DNA of 64,000 nucleotides from Octopus sinensis (Eukaryota). Positions 35,270-48,760 of this stretch are shown here, piece after piece. A program made the position numbers and the translations under genes. The stretch spans positions 33,244,464-33,308,463 of the forward strand of contig NC_043011.1 of the NCBI RefSeq assembly GCF_006345805.1. The letters are read 5' to 3'. Under the pieces are notes generated by a model that saw only the letters and a program-made list of their open reading frames with translations, had not been told where the DNA came from and ran no database searches. Each line of letters opens with the position of its first letter. Positions within the stretch are counted from its first letter, which is position 1.

Positions 35270-35741
35270 CATCTATCTGTCTGTCTATTTATTTGTCTGT
35301 CTATCTGTCCGTCTATCTGTCTGTCTATCTATCTGTCTGTCTATCTGTCTATCTATCTGTCTGTCTATCTGTCTATCTATCTGTCTATCTATCTATCTGT
35401 CTATCTATCTGTCTGTGTCTGTCTGTCTATCTATCTGTCTATCTATCAGTCTATCTGTCTGTCTGTCTTTCTATCTATCTATCTTTCTGTCTGTCTATCT
35501 ATCAGTCTATCTGTCTGTCTGTCTGTCTTTCTATCTAACTATCTTTCTGTCTGTCTGTCTATCTATCTATCTGTCTATCTGTCTGTCTATCTATCTGTCT
35601 ATCTATCAGTCTATCTGTCTGTCTGTCTTTCTATCTATCTATCTTTCTGTCTGTCTTTCTATCTATCTATCTTTCTGTCTGTCTATCTATCTGTCTATCT
35701 ATCAGTCTATCTGTCTGTCTGTCTTTCTATCTAACTATCTT

Positions 35742-35805
<64 letters not shown>

Positions 35806-35825
35806 TCTAATTATCTATCTATCTC
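35270..35825. repeat. (TCTA/TCTG)n tetranucleotide microsatellite
   Basis: Direct inspection. Confidence 0.95.
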
Positions 35826-36091
35826 TCCCTCCCTACACACACATATGCATATCTTTTATCTTTTATTGGTTTCAGTCACTAGACTGTAGCCATGCTGGGG
35901 CATTGCCTTTAAGGGTTTAGTCAAACAAATCAACCTCATTACTTATTCTTTTTCTAAACCTGGTACTTTACCAGCTCTTATTGCCAGATTACTAAGTTAT
36001 GAGGACATCAAGAAACCAACACTGGTAGTTATCTGAGAATCCACAAGTCAGAAAAATGTGCACTTGTATATTTGTCAATAGAATAGGTATC

Positions 36092-36433
36092 TTAATCAAA
36101 GTATACAATATTATATATCCCTTACAGCCAATCTTACCAATCTGGTATTAAACCAGATTTGCAATACCAAGTGTAAATCTGTTTTTTTTAATACCCAGTT
36201 ATGCACTGGGTAATAAACCAGATGTTAGATAATAGCACAGTTATAATACTATGTACTCATCAGAGGTATGAGAAAAAAATAGCAACATGGTTTTTTTTCC
36301 ATACTTTCTAGCTTTCAATCAACAAATAACATAATGCAACTATGCTGTTATCTAACATCTGATTTAATACTCACTGTGAAACCAATTGGTTGGATCAGCT
36401 GCTATGGCTATCTAATATTGTACACTTTGATTA

Positions 36434-36434
<1 letters not shown>
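36092..36434. mobile_element. Fold-back/MITE-like element with outer and inner inverted repeats
   Basis: Outer IR TTAATCAAAGT(A/G)TACAATATTA; inner IR AAA(C/T)CAGATGTTAGATAA(T/C)AGCA(C/T)AGTT; CTGATGA on the minus strand and GAAACCAATTGGTT on the plus strand. Confidence 0.6.
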
Positions 36435-36496
<62 letters not shown>

Positions 36497-37202
36497 GAGC
36501 TTCTAACAGTTTCCGTCTACCAAATCTACATACAAGGCTTCGGTTGGTTTGAGCCTATAGTAGAAGAGACTTGTCCTAGGTTCCACACAGTGGAACTGAA
36601 CCCAGAACTGTGGTGTTGTGAAGCAAACTTCTTACCCCACAGCTTCATCTGCACCTCTATACAAAAGAAAATATATACAAAAATATGAAAGAAGCAGTAC
36701 TATGTTACCATGTTTCACCTTTGTTTATATTCTCATTTTTTTTTCTTTTTTCTTTTCCTGTCCACCTTGCTACACATTTGTCTACTTGTGGACATCTGCA
36801 CTGTGTGTGTGTGTGTGTGTGTGTCTGCTTTCCACTCAGTTGACTAATAAAACATACAATGACAGAAGACAAAGCTATCCTGTCTCCCTCCATTGATTAT
36901 CATCTTGTTGTTGTTGTTGTGATTGTTGCTTAAATGGATGGCATGAATTGGTTGTGTTGTTTCATCAGTCCATTTGTTCATCATCGTGTTCATGCATGAA
37001 TGATTAAGTGTAACTGTGTGTGAAACAGAGAACGTGTGTGTGAAACAGAAAACGTGTGTGCATGTGCAGGACTAATTTTGCAAGTGTTTGAAACTCTGTA
37101 TGTGTTACACTTGGCATTTGAAACTGGGACTGCAAATGTGTGTATGAAAGAGAGTGAGAGAGAGACAGACATTGTGTTTGTGACTGTGTGAGTGAGTGAG
37201 TA

Positions 37203-37245
<43 letters not shown>

Positions 37246-37904
37246 GCTTGTGTGAGAGAGAGAAGGAAAGAACGAAACTGTACGTATGTGACACACTATA
37301 TGTGTATGTACATGTATATTATGTGAGCATTTGTGCAAACTTATGAATAGTGAAACCTCATAACATCCAACATATGTAACACTGACTCTGTTTCGAGTGT
37401 TTTGTTTTATATTTATCCATTTACATATTTTGCCAGAGTTTCTCATTCATAAATACCTTCTCCTACTCCCCCCCACTCTCTTATTACATTTATTCCTTAT
37501 TTCCCACTTTCAAGCTTCGTTCTTATTTCGTTTCTCATTATTTATTGATTCCGATGCAAGTAATTAATATTTATTATTTCCTGTCCACCTGTCTCTCTAA
37601 TTACAATCTTCATATGCTTTAATATATTATTCTGTAACTAATTTTCACAATTTTGCGTTTATGTTTTGCTTCATTTACTATCATCCGTCCAATATTTTGT
37701 CACGTTTTTTTTTTTTTTTACTGATTTTAGTCAGTGGAATAAGGCCTTGCTGGAGCACTCTATTCTAAAGGATTTATTTCATTGTTCTCCTGAGATACAA
37801 AGTGGACATTGATGTGAGGGGAGATAACTTAGTCAGACATGAGTTCAGTAGGGTATTTCTGTTTGAATGTACTGGTTTCCACCCAGTCCTGATTTTTACA
37901 TATT

Positions 37905-38395
37905 TGCATTTATCTGCTTGTCTTGTCTTTTTGTCATGACAAAAAAGCCCATGTGTTTGTCCCCACGACATCACTTGACAACCGATGCTGGTGTGTTTAC
38001 ATCCCCGTAATCTAGCAGTTCAGCAAAAGAGAACAATAGAATAAGTACTAGGCTTACAAAGAATAAGTCCTGGGGTTGATTTGCTCGACTAAAGGTGGTG
38101 CTCCAGCATGGCCACTGTCACATGACTGAAACAAGTAAAAGAGTAAATATATATATTATATATATATATGAGTGTGTATGTGTGTGTTTATGTGTCTGTG
38201 TTTGTCCCCCCCACCATCACTTGACAACCGGTGTTGGTGTGTCTACATCCCTGTAACTTAGCCATTCGGCAAAAGAGACCATTAAAATAAGTACTAGGCT
38301 TACAAAGAATAAGTTCTGGGGGCGATTTGTTTGACTAAAGAGCAGTGCTCCAGCATGGCCACATTCAAATGACTAAAACGAGTAAAAAAGAATAT
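37905..38395 (+). mobile_element. Two tandem SINE family A 3' halves
   Basis: GTTTGTCCCC..CTTGACAACCG..GAATAAGTACTAGGCTTACAAAGAATAAG occurs twice, separated by a TA/TG run. Confidence 0.85.
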
Positions 38396-40914
38396 GTAAA
38401 GGAAAAAGGAGGAAGAGTATTTTTTCGTTTTCTTTTCTTTTTGATTTTTTATTATTGTATTTATTGATCGATTTTGGTGGGGGGGGGGTCCGTTTTATTT
38501 ACTGGTCTTCAGTGATGAAGGAAACTACAAGAATAGATAAAAGGATGGTATTAAATATTGACGACTCATTATTTTCTTTCTGTTTTTCTCCTTCATCCTC
38601 TCTCTCTCCCACTCCCTCTCATATGCTTGTACCCCTCCTCACACCGACTCACTAACCTATTTACAGGTGCACATACCCTCCTCTCTTCTTTGTAGTTGTG
38701 CTTCACACGCGCACATATATAGTCCATATATTTCTGACCTCCCTTGTGTGAAGGGCTGGTACTGTACAAGCTGTTGATATCATACACACACTCACACACA
38801 CACACACACACACCACACACACACACACACACACTCAAACTCACACACACACACACATCCAACTACAATTTATAGACCAAACCAAATTATATAACAGATG
38901 TAAAGTTAGTGTTTGTGTTAATACAAGGATTGTTAATAATTACAAAGCTGATGAGAAATAATCATGTGATGGGGTTCAAAACAATGCCATTCAATGACTA
39001 ATATTATGTTTATTATTACAGTTAATATGGGAGACAATTCGAGAAATGTTTCTGTCATATTATAACCTCCTCTGTCCAGGTTGAGCTGCTACATCAAATC
39101 TCGTTGTGAGGTCAGAACTCATTGGGAGGTCTCAGCTCATTGAGAGACCACAGTCCTAGTACTACAGCTATATAGTTAATGTGTCGCAGGAAAGGATCTA
39201 TTTCTTTTATTACCCACAAGGGGCTAGATACAGAATGTTCCAATTACAAAACAAACATATACAAAGACAAACTTGGGGAACTTAAAAATATAAAAGAAGA
39301 TGAAATAAGAACAGAAAAAGCTAAAAGAAACAAATGGTAATATGAAATATCTTATGCACCCTGTATATCTGTGTGTGTATGTATTTGTGTTTGTCCCTGC
39401 CATCACTACTTGATAATTGGTGTTGGTGTGTTTATGTCCCCGTAACTTAACAGTTTGGCAAAAGAAACTGGGAGAATGAGTACTAAGCCTAAAAAAAAAG
39501 CTCTGGGATCAATTCGTTTAACTAAAAACTCTTGAAGGCAGTGCTCCAGCATGGCCACTTTCAAATGACTGAAACAAGCAAAAGTAAACAAAAAAATATA
39601 AACAAAATTCTCTAAATACTCTTACATCAAATTTCTCTTTGCTCTTAATAACCATCCCCCCCCCCCGCAAATTCTTTAGAGAATTCTTTCAAGCATTTCT
39701 TACATGTTTTCACTGAGTTGACCTATAACTGCATACCGTGAAAGTGAAAGGCAAGCAAATAAACAAAGTCCTTATGTGGTTTCTGCAATAGCAGCCACAT
39801 CTACCTCAATTATCACATCACCCTCTTAGAAAAAAAAACACATTGGATAATGAATGTGTCCTGAGTTGCTTGCAAGTCGATAAAAAATGATGTGATCACA
39901 ACTGGTTTACTGTTGATCTTGGGCTGCTCATTCAGAGCTGATCCAGAACTAAACAACAACAGCAATAAAAAAGGACAAAAAAAAAGAAAGGTGTATCCAA
40001 ACAATCCTTTTTAAATTATATAGGATGCTGGAGAAAAATTTCCCTTATTTTATATGGCCATTGTTGTGGCACTAGTGAAGTTAAGGAAGTGCTAATGGTG
40101 TCTTCATGTGGCTAATGTTTTACCATTTCATTTTTATTTACTATCGTGGTTTTGTGTTGGTGTATACCATACATTTGTTATTGAAATGTTTGTCAATCTT
40201 TAAAACATGGGGCTTTTTTTTTGGCTGCATCTTGTATATATGTATTCACATGCATGCGTGTGCACACACATATGTCTACGAATGTGTGTGCATGTTTATG
40301 TACATATAAATGGGTGTTGGGTCTTTAAAATGAAGTACCAAGTACTGAAGTTAATTCAACCCTTCATTGCAAATCTCTGCCTTTGTTCTCTATATAAAAA
40401 AAATTATTGTTATTGCTAGATGGATTGGTGTGATCATAAGAACAGAGGATAAACTGCTTTGCAGTATTTATCCTGGCTCTTTGCATTCTGAGTTCAAACC
40501 CCACTGAGGTCAGCTTTGTTTTTTTCATCTTCTAGGTTTGATAAAGCAAAGTACCAATCAATATTGGGTTTGGTGTAATATAAAACCCCTTTTCCCTCAG
40601 AATTGATGGCCTTATGCTGAAGTTAGACATTATCAGTGGCACATTAAAAGCACCCAGCACACACTGTGAAGTAGTTGGCATTAGGAAGGGCATCCAGATG
40701 TAAAAGCTGAGCCAAATCAAACTGGAACTGGGTGAAGTTTGCCAGCTCTGGTCAAACCATCCAACTCATGCCAGCATGGAAAACAGGCATTAAAGGATGA
40801 TTATGATGATGCTGTTATTTTATCATATCACTGACCATATTCTTGTGAGTGGATTTGGAAGGCAAACTGAAAGAAACTTGTAGTGTGTATGTAAAATATA
40901 CACACATATATAAA

Positions 40915-41067
40915 TATCTGTGTGGTAAGAAACTTGCTTCACAACCACATGGTTCCAGGCTCAGTCCCACTGTATGACACCTTGAGCAAGTGTCTTCTAC
41001 TATAGTCTTAGGCCGACTAAAGCCTTGAGTGGATTTGGTAGACAGAAACTGAAAGAAGCCTCTTGTA

Positions 41068-41114
<47 letters not shown>

Positions 41115-41390
41115 CATGTTTTTTCTCTCCTTCTTTTCTGTGGCCCTTTCTGTAGAAGAGCGTAGGCTCGAAATGTAAAAGACTTTTTCTATTCCTGAGT
41201 GTTATACTAATACATCTGTTTGTTTTGTACACCACCTGTCTTCATCTTTTGTTGTTTTCGTAAACTCTCCCTATATATATATGTATATATATTCGTGTGT
41301 GTGTGTGTCTTTGTGTTTGTCCCTTCACCATTGCTTGACAGCCAATGTTGGTGTGTTTACGTCTCTGAAACTTAGCAGTTCAGTAAAAGA
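40915..41390 (+). mobile_element. SINE family A with an F5 HHR element inserted in its internal microsatellite
   Basis: 5' half at 40915-41065, then (TA)n, F5 at 41110-41272, (TA)n, and the 3' half at 41290-41390. Confidence 0.75.
41146..41181 (+). ncRNA. Degenerate minimal hammerhead-like motif (F5)
   Basis: CTTT-CTGTAGA-A-GAGC-GTAG-GCTC-GAAATGTA-AAAG. Confidence 0.45.
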
Positions 41391-41391
41391 G

Positions 41392-42385
41392 ATTGCCAAC
41401 TGAATACTTCCTATGAAGGTACATATTTTCAGCTTTTGATGCCAGAATATTGTTCTCTTTGAGAGGGTCCCAAGTGCACCAGTCACAATAGGTGCCACAC
41501 TCACTTTTGAGGCTCTATGAATTCTTTCCACATTCAATCCTAGGTCTTGGTTCTTCTCAATTTTCTTGCCCTGTCTTAATATTATTCTGATCTACAGGTA
41601 TAACTAAGTTGATGAAGGTCCATACTTTGGACTCCTTCAGTAAGGTAGTGATATCTGGTGAGTTATGTTGCAGCTTTTGGTGTGTGTATATATTGGCATA
41701 TCCCATGTGAGCCTCACCTGATCATTCTCTGCTAATAGCAAGGGTTGGTACTCATAACACATGTTGGAACATTCTGCCCCATACTTCTTGCACAACTCCC
41801 AGTGTAATCACACTGCTACTTTGTCATGGTGTTTTTGTACTCATTTTGGGCCACTTTTGAGCATCAGCTAGTTGTATAACTGTCTCAGATGATTTTCCAC
41901 ATAGTCTACACAAAGCTGATACTGCTGTCGTATCAATACTACACTTCATTGAGTTAGTTCATAAAGCTTGTTCTTGAGCAGCAACGATCAGTCCTGTCTC
42001 CTTCATTAATAGAACCATGTCTTAACCATCTCCAGGATTCTTCATCAGCTTCATCCAATATTTGTTGGAAGAAGTCTCCATGTAGGACTTTCTCATTCCA
42101 ATTGATGATCTTTTCTCTATTAGACCTCATATTGTACTCCTGGAGTGTTTCACCATTGTCATTGATCACCTTCTCACCCAGTGTAGCCTGCAACATTCTT
42201 TCATGACTATTCCTCAGATAGGCGTGTAAGGACTCAATCTCATTCACAACACTATCCTCTATTCCAATCAATCCTCTTCCATCTTCCGTTCTAGGTAAGT
42301 AAAGCCTTGCTATCTTGCTTCTAATATGAAGACACTCATGCATAGCCATTACCTTCCTAGTTTTTCTATCAGAAATCATTATTCA
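41392..42385 (-). mobile_element. 5'-truncated R4/Dong-type LINE with CCHC finger and restriction-like endonuclease
   Basis: DRKTRKVMAMHECLHIRSKIARLYLPRTEDGRGLIGIED, WNEKVLHG, LCRLCGKSSETV, LHWELCKKYG, SPDIT and VAPIVTGALG; stops and frameshifts present. Confidence 0.9.
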
Positions 42386-42634
42386 CTTAACTTCTTATTT
42401 ATTATTATTTTTATCATTATTATTATTATAAAGCAGTGAGCTGGCAGTGGTAAGGAACTCTCAAGAGAGCTGAACACCAGAAGGTCTTCAGAGAAGAAAC
42501 CCCACTCAGGCAAGTGTTTTGGCCCTTAACTTCTTACACTTTAAAGGGGCCGGGCTGCATCCGGGTCATGACTCATGGATGCCCTTCTGCTGACACTTTT
42601 TAAGCACTTGGCTATCAGAGACTTGTGCATTTAA

Positions 42635-42841
42635 CCCTTTAGCACTCAGGTTATAGTCAAGTGTAATGTTTGTTTATTCACATTGTTTTGAATTAATCTC
42701 ACATTATCTTGTGGATTTGAGATATCAATGATGTGGTTGTCTATTTTAAAAGTGACATTGCAAAGTAGGTGTGAGAGGCCAGATCTGGCCAGTTTGAACA
42801 TAAAACAGGTAGAATATATGGCCAGTTTAAACACTAAAGGG
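42635..42841 (+). mobile_element. piggyBac-type MITE
   Basis: TTAA|CCCTTTAGCA...CTAAAGGG. Confidence 0.8.
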
Positions 42842-43545
42842 TATCACTTGGAGATTTTATCTGGATGGAACTCCTCTCTGTTAAATCAGCTGGTCACTGG
42901 ATAATGTGGGCCTAGAGACACTGAATCTGAGTGAAAGAGAGATGGTAACATTTAGAATGCTTTTAGTTATATTTTACTTGATCAGGGCTGACCTGGGGCT
43001 AAACAAGAACAAATACACTGCCACCACCTTCATTATGTCAATGTTGAGAAATAAATTTTCTTGTTGTTTTCATATTAATCCCTCGTGATCCAAACTGGTT
43101 CTGCGTATAATAATAACAGAAAGGTCATCAGTCGTATGCAATGAAAATTTGCACAAATTCAACAAGTTAATATATGGTGTCTTTCCTGATGGTTAATGCA
43201 CCATGGAACTAAGTCAGTTTGACAGTTGTGGAATTTCTGTGATAATTAGCTTAATTGTTAGACAGGAACATAACCCAGTCGCTAGCAACTAAACTAGATT
43301 AAACTAACATTCAAGGACATGCTCTTCCACAACATCACCAATGTTATCATCATCATCATCATCATCATACATTTACTTTTACCCACAGGAATCAAAATAA
43401 ATCTGACAGCCACTTGCTGCATTCCTTTGTCATCTAACACACAGCAATAGTAGAAGAAAAAAAATAAATTAAAAAAACTGGCCAGCAGGAGCCTCTTCAT
43501 GGCTAACCAACTAGCTAGAAATACTAGTCAATCTTCCTTTTACAT

Positions 43546-43654
43546 CAGCGGTCCCTAAGCTTTTTTGCACCATAGATGAGTTTCATGCGAGACATTTTTT
43601 CCAGGGACCAGGGTATCACTAACATAATAAAATACCATGAAGTGCATATATTAT

Positions 43655-43686
<32 letters not shown>

Positions 43687-43880
43687 ATATATATAAATTA
43701 TATAAATACATAATTTAATTGTTACATATATTATACATATATATATGGTTGTGTGATAAAGAAGCTTAGTTTCTAGGTTTGCTTTCACTGCGTGACACCT
43801 TCAGCAAGCATCTTCTACTATAGCCTCAGACCAACCAAAGCTTGGAGAGTAGATTTGGTAGGTGGAAACTGAAAGAAGCT

Positions 43881-43925
<45 letters not shown>

Positions 43926-44277
43926 TGTGTGTGGGTGTTTCTGTGTTTGTCTCCCTTCTCCATTTGACAACTGGTGTTGGTGTGTTCACATCCCCATAAC
44001 TTAGCAGTTCAGAAAACGAGACCAATAGAATAAGTACTGGGGTTGATTAGTTTGACTAAAATTTCTGAAGGTGGTGCCCCAGCATGGCTGCAGTCCAATG
44101 ATTGAAACAAGTAAGAAAAAGATAAATGATTACAGATATAATGCAACAACACCCTGCAAACTGTGATAGTTAATAAAATAGAAATAAAATACAAAACTTT
44201 TATTCTTTTCATGTGACCTGGTACCAAATGATCCATGGCTCAGTACAAGTTCGCAGCCCACAGGTTGGGGACCCCTG
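43546..44277 (+). mobile_element. hAT/Charlie-type MITE carrying a nested SINE A (about 43740-44130)
   Basis: Termini CAGCGGTCCC..C / GGTTGGGGACCCCTG; 8-bp TSD TTTTACAT / CTTTACAT (7/8). Confidence 0.8.
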
Positions 44278-46214
44278 CTTTACATGTTATCCTTATCTAG
44301 GAAAAAAAAAAAAGGAGGTAAAAATAGAACATATAAGATTACAGGGAATGACATTGTACACTAATCCGTCACCATATCACACTTCATCCATCGCACACTC
44401 AATACATTGCAGTTTACCCATCGCGCGCTCAGTACATTGCAGTTCAAATCAACTCCAATACTTATTTTTTTTTGTTCAAGAGTCTAGTACTTATCAGTCT
44501 CTTTTAATGAACCACCAAGTTCTGGGAATGTAAACAAACCAACACCGATTGCCAAGTGATGGTGAACACACACACACATACACATACACACATGATGTTT
44601 CCATCTACCAAATACATTCATAAGGCATTACGAGTTGTTGGCTTTGTATGTGTATAGTTTTGTTTTAGTGTGTATATGTGTGCATATAAGTGCTCATTTC
44701 ATTGTATGCGTATATTAGTCTAAGTATGTGTGTGTGTGAATATAAATATATATATTAGTGTATGTTCTAAATTTAGTGAAAGGGAAGGTTTCTGTCAGGA
44801 TGTATATTTTTATGAACAATGACATTTATTAATTTGGTGTGTAAAGGGCAACTATATCATTATGCATATTATGCTCTCTTTCTCCCCCCTCTCTCTCCCT
44901 CTCTGTATATATATATATATATATGTGTGTGTGTCTGTTTGTGTGTGTTTGCATATGTGTATCTCTCTCTCTCTCTCTCTTTACACACACATACACACAT
45001 TTATTTATTTCTCACATTCTGAAAAATTTATTTAATTTCCCTTTGACTAGACAGAAGACCAGCTTGATATAATTTAAGTTTTATACCTCAGAGGAGGAAG
45101 GTCAGCACCTTTAACCTTTGCAAGACCTCAGAAACTGGTAAAATAGGAAAAATGGAAGAGAAAGAAATCCTGATTTATGGGTTGCTGTATTGGGAAGCTT
45201 ATATCATTTTGTGAACACCTGTAAATGAGACATGGCAGGGTGGGCTAGATATGCTCCCATTAAAGGGCATCACTGATGAATTACACCATCTAAATAACAG
45301 GTACAGTTAGGGGTCCAGCATATGGTGGATTCCAAAAAGGATTCTATATAATAAATATCACTAGCAAGGCTTGGGTTTATGTGAAAGCTATCGTTACAGA
45401 CACTTCCTCAAGTACTATGCAATGAGATTGAACTCAAACCCACATGATTTCTAAGTGAACTTCTCAGCTACATGGCTATTGATGGGAGATGATAACCATG
45501 CACTTTACAGTTTCTTCCAGGCAGGTGGGATTTTCACAGTTTATATCCTTTCTGCAGGTCTGTGTGTATGCATGTGTTCATTTGTGTATAAATCTGTACT
45601 CATATCCACTCCACCAACAAAGTATATAGCTCTTGTATAAATAAACCATTTGGTAAAGTATAGCATTAGGTACCATGAAGGCGGTGTCCCAGCATAAGTG
45701 ATGTCCAATGAATGAAAGCAGTAAAAGAGTAATCAAGCAAAAAAGCTTCCACCTTCTCTACTTCAAAAACCAGTTATCCTCCTGCCCAATTCTTGACCAT
45801 GTGGCTATGAATTGGAGTCTCTTCTTGACAGGTGAGACTAATGCTGCTTATGTTCCATCTGCAGATCTATGTCTATGAGAAATAAATGGTTGATCCAAAT
45901 TTGTATGACAGATTAAAGGCACTCATTACCCTCTTTGTGATGGTGGTATTAAATCAGGCAATAAATGAGGCTTACAAAAGGATATAATTGATCATATCTG
46001 CCTCAGTAGATTTTTCTACATGTTTGGATATCTTTTAATGTCCATCCCTGTGGAATGAGACAATGGATATAATAGCTTGGACGCTGGTGATTTGGCATGG
46101 CTGACTGGATATTGAACCTGTTTTGGTGACAGTACTCTCTGGTACTGGAGACAAACATACATATAAACCTACACATGTGCAGAAATGTACACATGCAGAT
46201 AGTTAGAGTGAGAG

Positions 46215-46515
46215 ATGTTACTATTTATTATTTGGACCCAATTTATAAAAGCACTTTGCTGGTGGCATGTAGAAAGCACCATCCAAATGTGGCCAATGCC
46301 AGTGCTGCCTGACTGGCTCCCATTCTGGTGGTGCATAAAAAGCACCCACTACACTCTGGAGTGGTTGGCATTTGGAAGGGCATCCAGCTGTAGAAACCTT
46401 GCCAGATCAGATTGGAGCCTGGTGCAGCCTCCTGGTTTGCCAGTCCCCAGTCAAACTGTCCAGCCCATGACAGCATGGAAAACGGATGTTAAATGTTGAT
46501 GATAATGATGATGAT
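46215..46515 (+). mobile_element. RTE-type 3' UTR/tail copy
   Basis: GGTTGGCATTTGGAAGGGCATCCAGCTGTAGAAAC...CAGCATGGAAAACGGATGTTAAA followed by (GAT)n; related copies at 40625-40812, 49485-49640, 52097-52568 and 61201-61890. Confidence 0.75.
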
Positions 46516-47295
46516 AAACAAAAAGAAAGAGTGAGGAAAACAAGAGACAGTAAAATGTCTGATGTCAAAAATGGCAGCACCAAAACGTCTTGTAGTCCCA
46601 GATTTCTCTTTATTTCTTTCTTGTACTCTGATTCCTTGTCCTTATTGCAATGCCAAAGTCGGCCATGCTTCCTTTGCCCTCCTTCAGATACTTGTGAGTT
46701 GTGGGTTGGATTCATGAACGGAGGCCTGTTATTCAAATGTCTTCTGAAAGACTGCTGCAAGCAGATTCTTTGCTGATAGCTATCAAAAGTTTACATTATA
46801 CAGGTTGAGTATCTAGAGAATATCTTAAAAAGTAACACTCTAAAAGAAAAGTGGCTCTAGATTTTGAAGATGGGGTGTCAGGAAGGGTGTCTGTGGACTG
46901 ATTCATTATACTTAGTTCTCATTTTCTTTCTTTCTTTCTTTTTTTTTTGGTAGGAGAAGTAGAAATGACTAACTTAGAGGAGTGGAACTATAAACAAAAC
47001 CAGTCCTGTTTTTTTTTAAATTTAATTCTGTATAGGTACACATATGCACACAAACAAACAAAAAGGAATGCAATGTAAATAACGGACAGTGTCAAGACTA
47101 TTTAAAAGGTTGCAAGACGCAACAAATATTTTAGGAAAATAAAAATAAGAAATAAGTGGAAATTTTACCAGTGCATGTGTTAAATTATAAGGCACAAAAA
47201 GAAAATGACTCTTCCCAGGCACAACAGTATATACTAAAAGTTTTTTCCATAAATACCACCATTACCCCAGTAACCATTATTCACTCACCACCACC

Positions 47296-47331
<36 letters not shown>

Positions 47332-47669
47332 GCTGCTGCTGTTGTCATCACCACCACCACCACCACCACCCCAAACTAATAACACTACCTACAACTACCA
47401 TTGTTATGACCAATATATTCTTCTAAAATAATCCTCACTGCAACCTCCATCCACAGCAATATCACCAATAACAACAACAACAACAATAATAAATAATAAA
47501 TCAATGTTGGGTGTGGACCAGCCCAGTTGGAAGCCATGATTCATTTATGTTGAACCATTACTCACCCACACCTTTCCCTTTCTGTTTCTGCTCCACTTCT
47601 TCCTCCTACCAACTTTGCTTTATCTTTCATCTTGAAATCCAGCTGATCATGTTTATTATTATCAGAATC

Positions 47670-47905
47670 GTTATTGCTGTTTAGCCCCAGGTCTGCCCTA
47701 ATCCGGCAAACCTATAATCTATGACGTTCTAGCTGTGACCCATTCTGATTGGATATATAACGATATATAACGATATATAATGCAATTAGGACTACATTTA
47801 CCCAATGTGGCCTTTTATTTTTTAAGAGGATAATGTATGATTTGGAGGAGATTTGGCTGTTAATTCTAGCAGACTTTGCAACCACATAGTAGCTTCCTCG
47901 TTAGT
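47670..47905 (-). repeat. Unclassified interspersed repeat (AATAGCAGCCAAATCTCC...GACCTGGGGCTAAACA family)
   Basis: Related segments near 9900-10345, 17170-17385, 39780-39965, 42860-43015 and 48915-49300. Confidence 0.55.
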
Positions 47906-47919
47906 ATTTTTGTTCTCCT

Positions 47920-48760
47920 TTTACTTGTTTCAGTCATTTGAGTGCAGCCATGCTGGAGCACCATCTTCAAGAGTTTTTAGCCAAACAAATCAACACTAGG
48001 ACTTATATTTTTTTAAAGCTTAGTACTTATCCAATTGGTCTTTTTTGCCAAACTGCTAGGTTACAGGGACATAAACACACCAACACTTGTTGTCAAGCAG
48101 TAAGTGGGGGACCAAACGCAAAGACATACACACACACATATATACATACATGTATATAGACATACATACATATATATATAAATATTCATACATACGATGG
48201 GCTCCTTTCAGTTTTTTATTTCTTTATTGCCCACAAGGGGCTAAAAATAGTGAGGACAGACTAAGGGATTAAGTCGATTACATCAACCCCAGTGTGTAAC
48301 TGGTACCTATTCTATCGATCCCAAAAGGATGAAAGGCAAAGTCGACCTCGGCAGAATCTGAACTCAGAATGTAAAGGCAGAGGAAATACTGCTAAGCATC
48401 TTGCCCGACGCGCTGACGTTTCTGCCAGCTCGCTGCCTTCAGTTTCTATCTCCCAAATCCACTCATAAGGCTTGGATCTATAGTAGAAGATACTTGCCCA
48501 AGGTGCCACACATTGGGACTGAACCTGGAACTATGTGGTTGGGAAGCAAACTTCTTACCACACAGCCATGCCTCTCTGTGTGTGTGTGTATGTATGTATA
48601 TATATATATATAAAACACACACACTCAATGGGCTTCCATTCCACACAGTTTCCATTTTCCAAATTCACTTAGAAGACACTTGTCCAAGGTACTACACAGT
48701 GGAACTGAACCAAGAAGGAACCAAATGGTTGTAAAGTAACCTTCTTAACTGCACACCCAT
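47920..48760 (-). mobile_element. Mosaic of SINE A pieces with a SINE B copy (48222-48438) nested in them
   Basis: SINE A 3' half, SINE B, then two SINE A 5' halves. Confidence 0.75.

Noticed and set aside
38640-38765. Strong acceptor (CACTAAC..TTTACAG) followed by an open frame CTYPPLFFVVVLHTR...
   Set aside because: The donor is weak (GTACTG), there is no homology, and no compatible neighbouring exon can be supported.
46407-46790. 117-aa minus-strand ORF and an MADFGIA kinase-like motif in another frame
   Set aside because: The DFG frame is bounded by nearby stops with no other kinase motifs, and the long ORF runs into an RTE tail with no recognisable homology.
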